Of a stretch of DNA of 64,000 nucleotides, positions 62,015 to 64,000 are shown piece by piece. The stretch covers positions 75,960,747-76,024,746 of the forward strand of contig JARFYF010000112.1 in NCBI GenBank assembly GCA_030265395.1, written 5' to 3'. A program made the translations under genes and the position numbers. The stretch is from Rhina ancylostomus (lineage: Eukaryota). The notes under the pieces are model-generated. The model was given only the letters and a program-made list of their open reading frames with translations, had not been told where the DNA came from and did no database searches. How positions within the stretch are numbered: position 1 is the stretch's first letter; every line of letters begins with the position of its first letter.

Positions 62015-63150
62015 TTGTTGGGAAAATCTCTGAGGGACAGAATTAATGATCACTTGGAAAGGCAGGGACCGATCAGAGAAAGCCAGTATGGCTTTATTAA
62101 GGGCAAATTTCGTCTGACCAATCTGACTGTATTTTTTGAGTAAGTAGCAAAGTGCATTGATGAGGGCAGTGCAAAGGATGTGGTTTACATGGATTTAGTA
62201 AGGTCCTCAAAAAGGCCCCATGTTGGATACTAGTCCAAGAGGTTAGGGCCCATGGGATCCAGGGCAAGCTGGCAAATTGGATCCAAAATTAGCTTAGCAA
62301 CAGGAGACAGAGGGTGATGGTAGATGGCTGTTTTTGTGATTGGATGTCTGTGACTGGTGATGTTCCACAGGCAATGGTGCTTGGACCCTTGCTGTGTCTA
62401 ATATACATGAATGATTTGGACGTGGATGTAGGAGGCATGATTAGTAAGTTCACAGATTTATTGATCTACTTCAATCATGTAGATTGATAGTGTGGAGGGT
62501 AGTCTTATGCTACAGGTTGATGTCAATGTGTTGGTGGAATGAGCTGAGAAATGGCAGATGGAGTTTAATAAATGAGGTGATTCATTTTGGGAGTACTAAT
62601 GAGGCTAGGACATATGCCAAGAATGGTAAGGTCAGAGGCAGTACTGAGGAACAGAGGGACCTTGGTGTGCAAGTCCAATGATTCTTGAAGGTGGCAGTGC
62701 AAGTTGATGGTGTGGTTAAGAAGGCACATGGGATACTAGCCTGGGATGGAGCATTGCAGTCATGAGGAGATTCTGGAGAGGCAAAATCTATCTTCCATGG
62801 AGAGGAAGATGTTAAGAGGGAACATGACTGAAGGATATAAAATTGAGGGGTATTGATTGGGTAGACTGTAGGAAACTTTCTTTCCTTTTCAAAGATGATT
62901 AAAGCAAGAGGACATAGATTTCGGGTGAGGGGTAAGAGATTAAGAGAGAATGTAAGGGAGACCTTTCTCAGCCAAAGAATGGTGAGTACCTGGAATGCAG
63001 AAGTGTTTAGATATGCATTTAAATTGCCTAGGCATAGATGGCTATGGGCCAAGTGTCAGAAGATGGGATTAATACGGATTGGTGCTCACTGGTCAGTGTG
63101 GATGTGGTGAACCAAATGGCCTGTTTCCATGCTGTATGACCCTATGACTC
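62015..63150 (+). mobile_element. CR1 LINE RT to 3' end
   Basis: SQYGFIKGKFRLTNLTVFFE, GDVPQAMVLGPLL, EQRDLGVQV, RGHRFRVRG, and tail AAATGGCCTGTTTCCATGCTGTATGAC(C)TATGAC. Confidence 0.9.
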
Positions 63151-63771
63151 CACAACTCATAGGTGTTGAAATTTCAGGAAGGGTGAATTGCTCAGTGCGT
63201 GATATAGTCATCCAGCTCAAATGGTACTTACATTTGTTGTGTTCAATTGACTTATTATGTAAAACTTGCAAGGTAGATTGGCAGCTGGTGATAGAAGTTG
63301 CTCAACTTTTATTTCCACGCACTCTTGTTTCTTACAGGTTATGAACACATCAATCAACAATACAGCACTGCTTCAGTATTATGTTGAACTGTGATCCTAG
63401 GTTATGAACTCAAGTTCTGCTGTTGTGTGAATGATCACTTCAAAATTATAAAGGAGCCTTTAGAATAGGTCATGTGGTCATTATCAGAATATCACTGGAC
63501 TGTGAGGTCTTCACTGGGATTTACATTTTCCTTGAATGCTGTAAAGATTCTACATGTTGAACATAATTGTATTAAGAATTTAATTTATATTGTAATGATG
63601 CAATGCAATGTACATTTGTAGTGCAACACTTAAAATCAATTATTTGTGTTCATTCTGTAGGCTTTCTGATCTTTTGAAGTACAGAATATTTCCACAATAT
63701 GATTTCAGAGAGACACTAAAAAAATCAATAAAATGTGACTGAGTGAAAGGTTGCTGAAGGGAAAGGAGGCT

Positions 63772-64000
63772 ATGGAAAATGGAATTAACAACACAAGGAC
63801 ACCAGACTGCATTGTGAACGGCTCTGTTAAGAAAGCTTCTGACATCTATTGCACTGCAGGAAACAGAAACAAAATGAAGTTCTGTGAATCCAATCCCTAC
63901 CAGATGAAATTCAGTGACAGTGATGGCAGCAGTGAGACAGAGGAAAAAACCCGAGTGGTAACATTCTTCAGTTCCTTTTTTAAAAAAACAAGAGCCTTTG
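63772..64000 (+). CDS. 5' part of a putative coding exon running off the window; possibly the N-terminus of a long ARHGEF9-like isoform
   Basis: Acceptor TTTGTGTTCATTCTGTAG| ends at 63660, in-frame upstream TGA at 63736, Kozak GCT-ATG-G, then 76 open codons: MENGINNTRTPDCIVNGSVKKASDIYCTAGNRNKMKFCESNPYQMKFSDSDGSSETEEKTRVVTFFSSFFKKTRAF. Confidence 0.5.
   Translation, partial: MENGINNTRTPDCIVNGSVKKASDIYCTAGNRNKMKFCESNPYQMKFSDSDGSSETEEKTRVVTFFSSFFKKTRAF

Overview
Draft-assembly vertebrate genomic DNA, most likely from a cartilaginous fish (ray or shark, judged from its repeat families); many N gaps, no prokaryotic features. The one clearly identifiable gene is AMER1 (WTX/FAM123B) on the + strand. 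Its single coding exon starts at a splice acceptor at 8933 and has ATG at 9040 and stop at 12608. The ORF-track frame breaks coincide with N gaps. A probable ~5.5 kb 3'UTR ends near 18.1 kb. The first 8.9 kb are probably AMER1 intron 1. The region 18-63.6 kb is intergenic and holds CR1, L2 and Rex1 LINE fragments, V-SINEs, DeuSINEs, a Tigger-like MITE, solo LTRs, a Penelope GIY-YIG relic and several candidate conserved non-coding elements. Two signals stand out. (i) About 13 copies of a Penelope-related, often palindromic short repeat; several retain a decayed minimal type-I hammerhead ribozyme layout. (ii) An ORF missing from the track (63772 to window end) behind a splice acceptor, possibly the first coding exon of a long ARHGEF9 (collybistin) isoform. 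Repeat boundaries are approximate, and family assignments come from remembered consensus motifs, not database searches.
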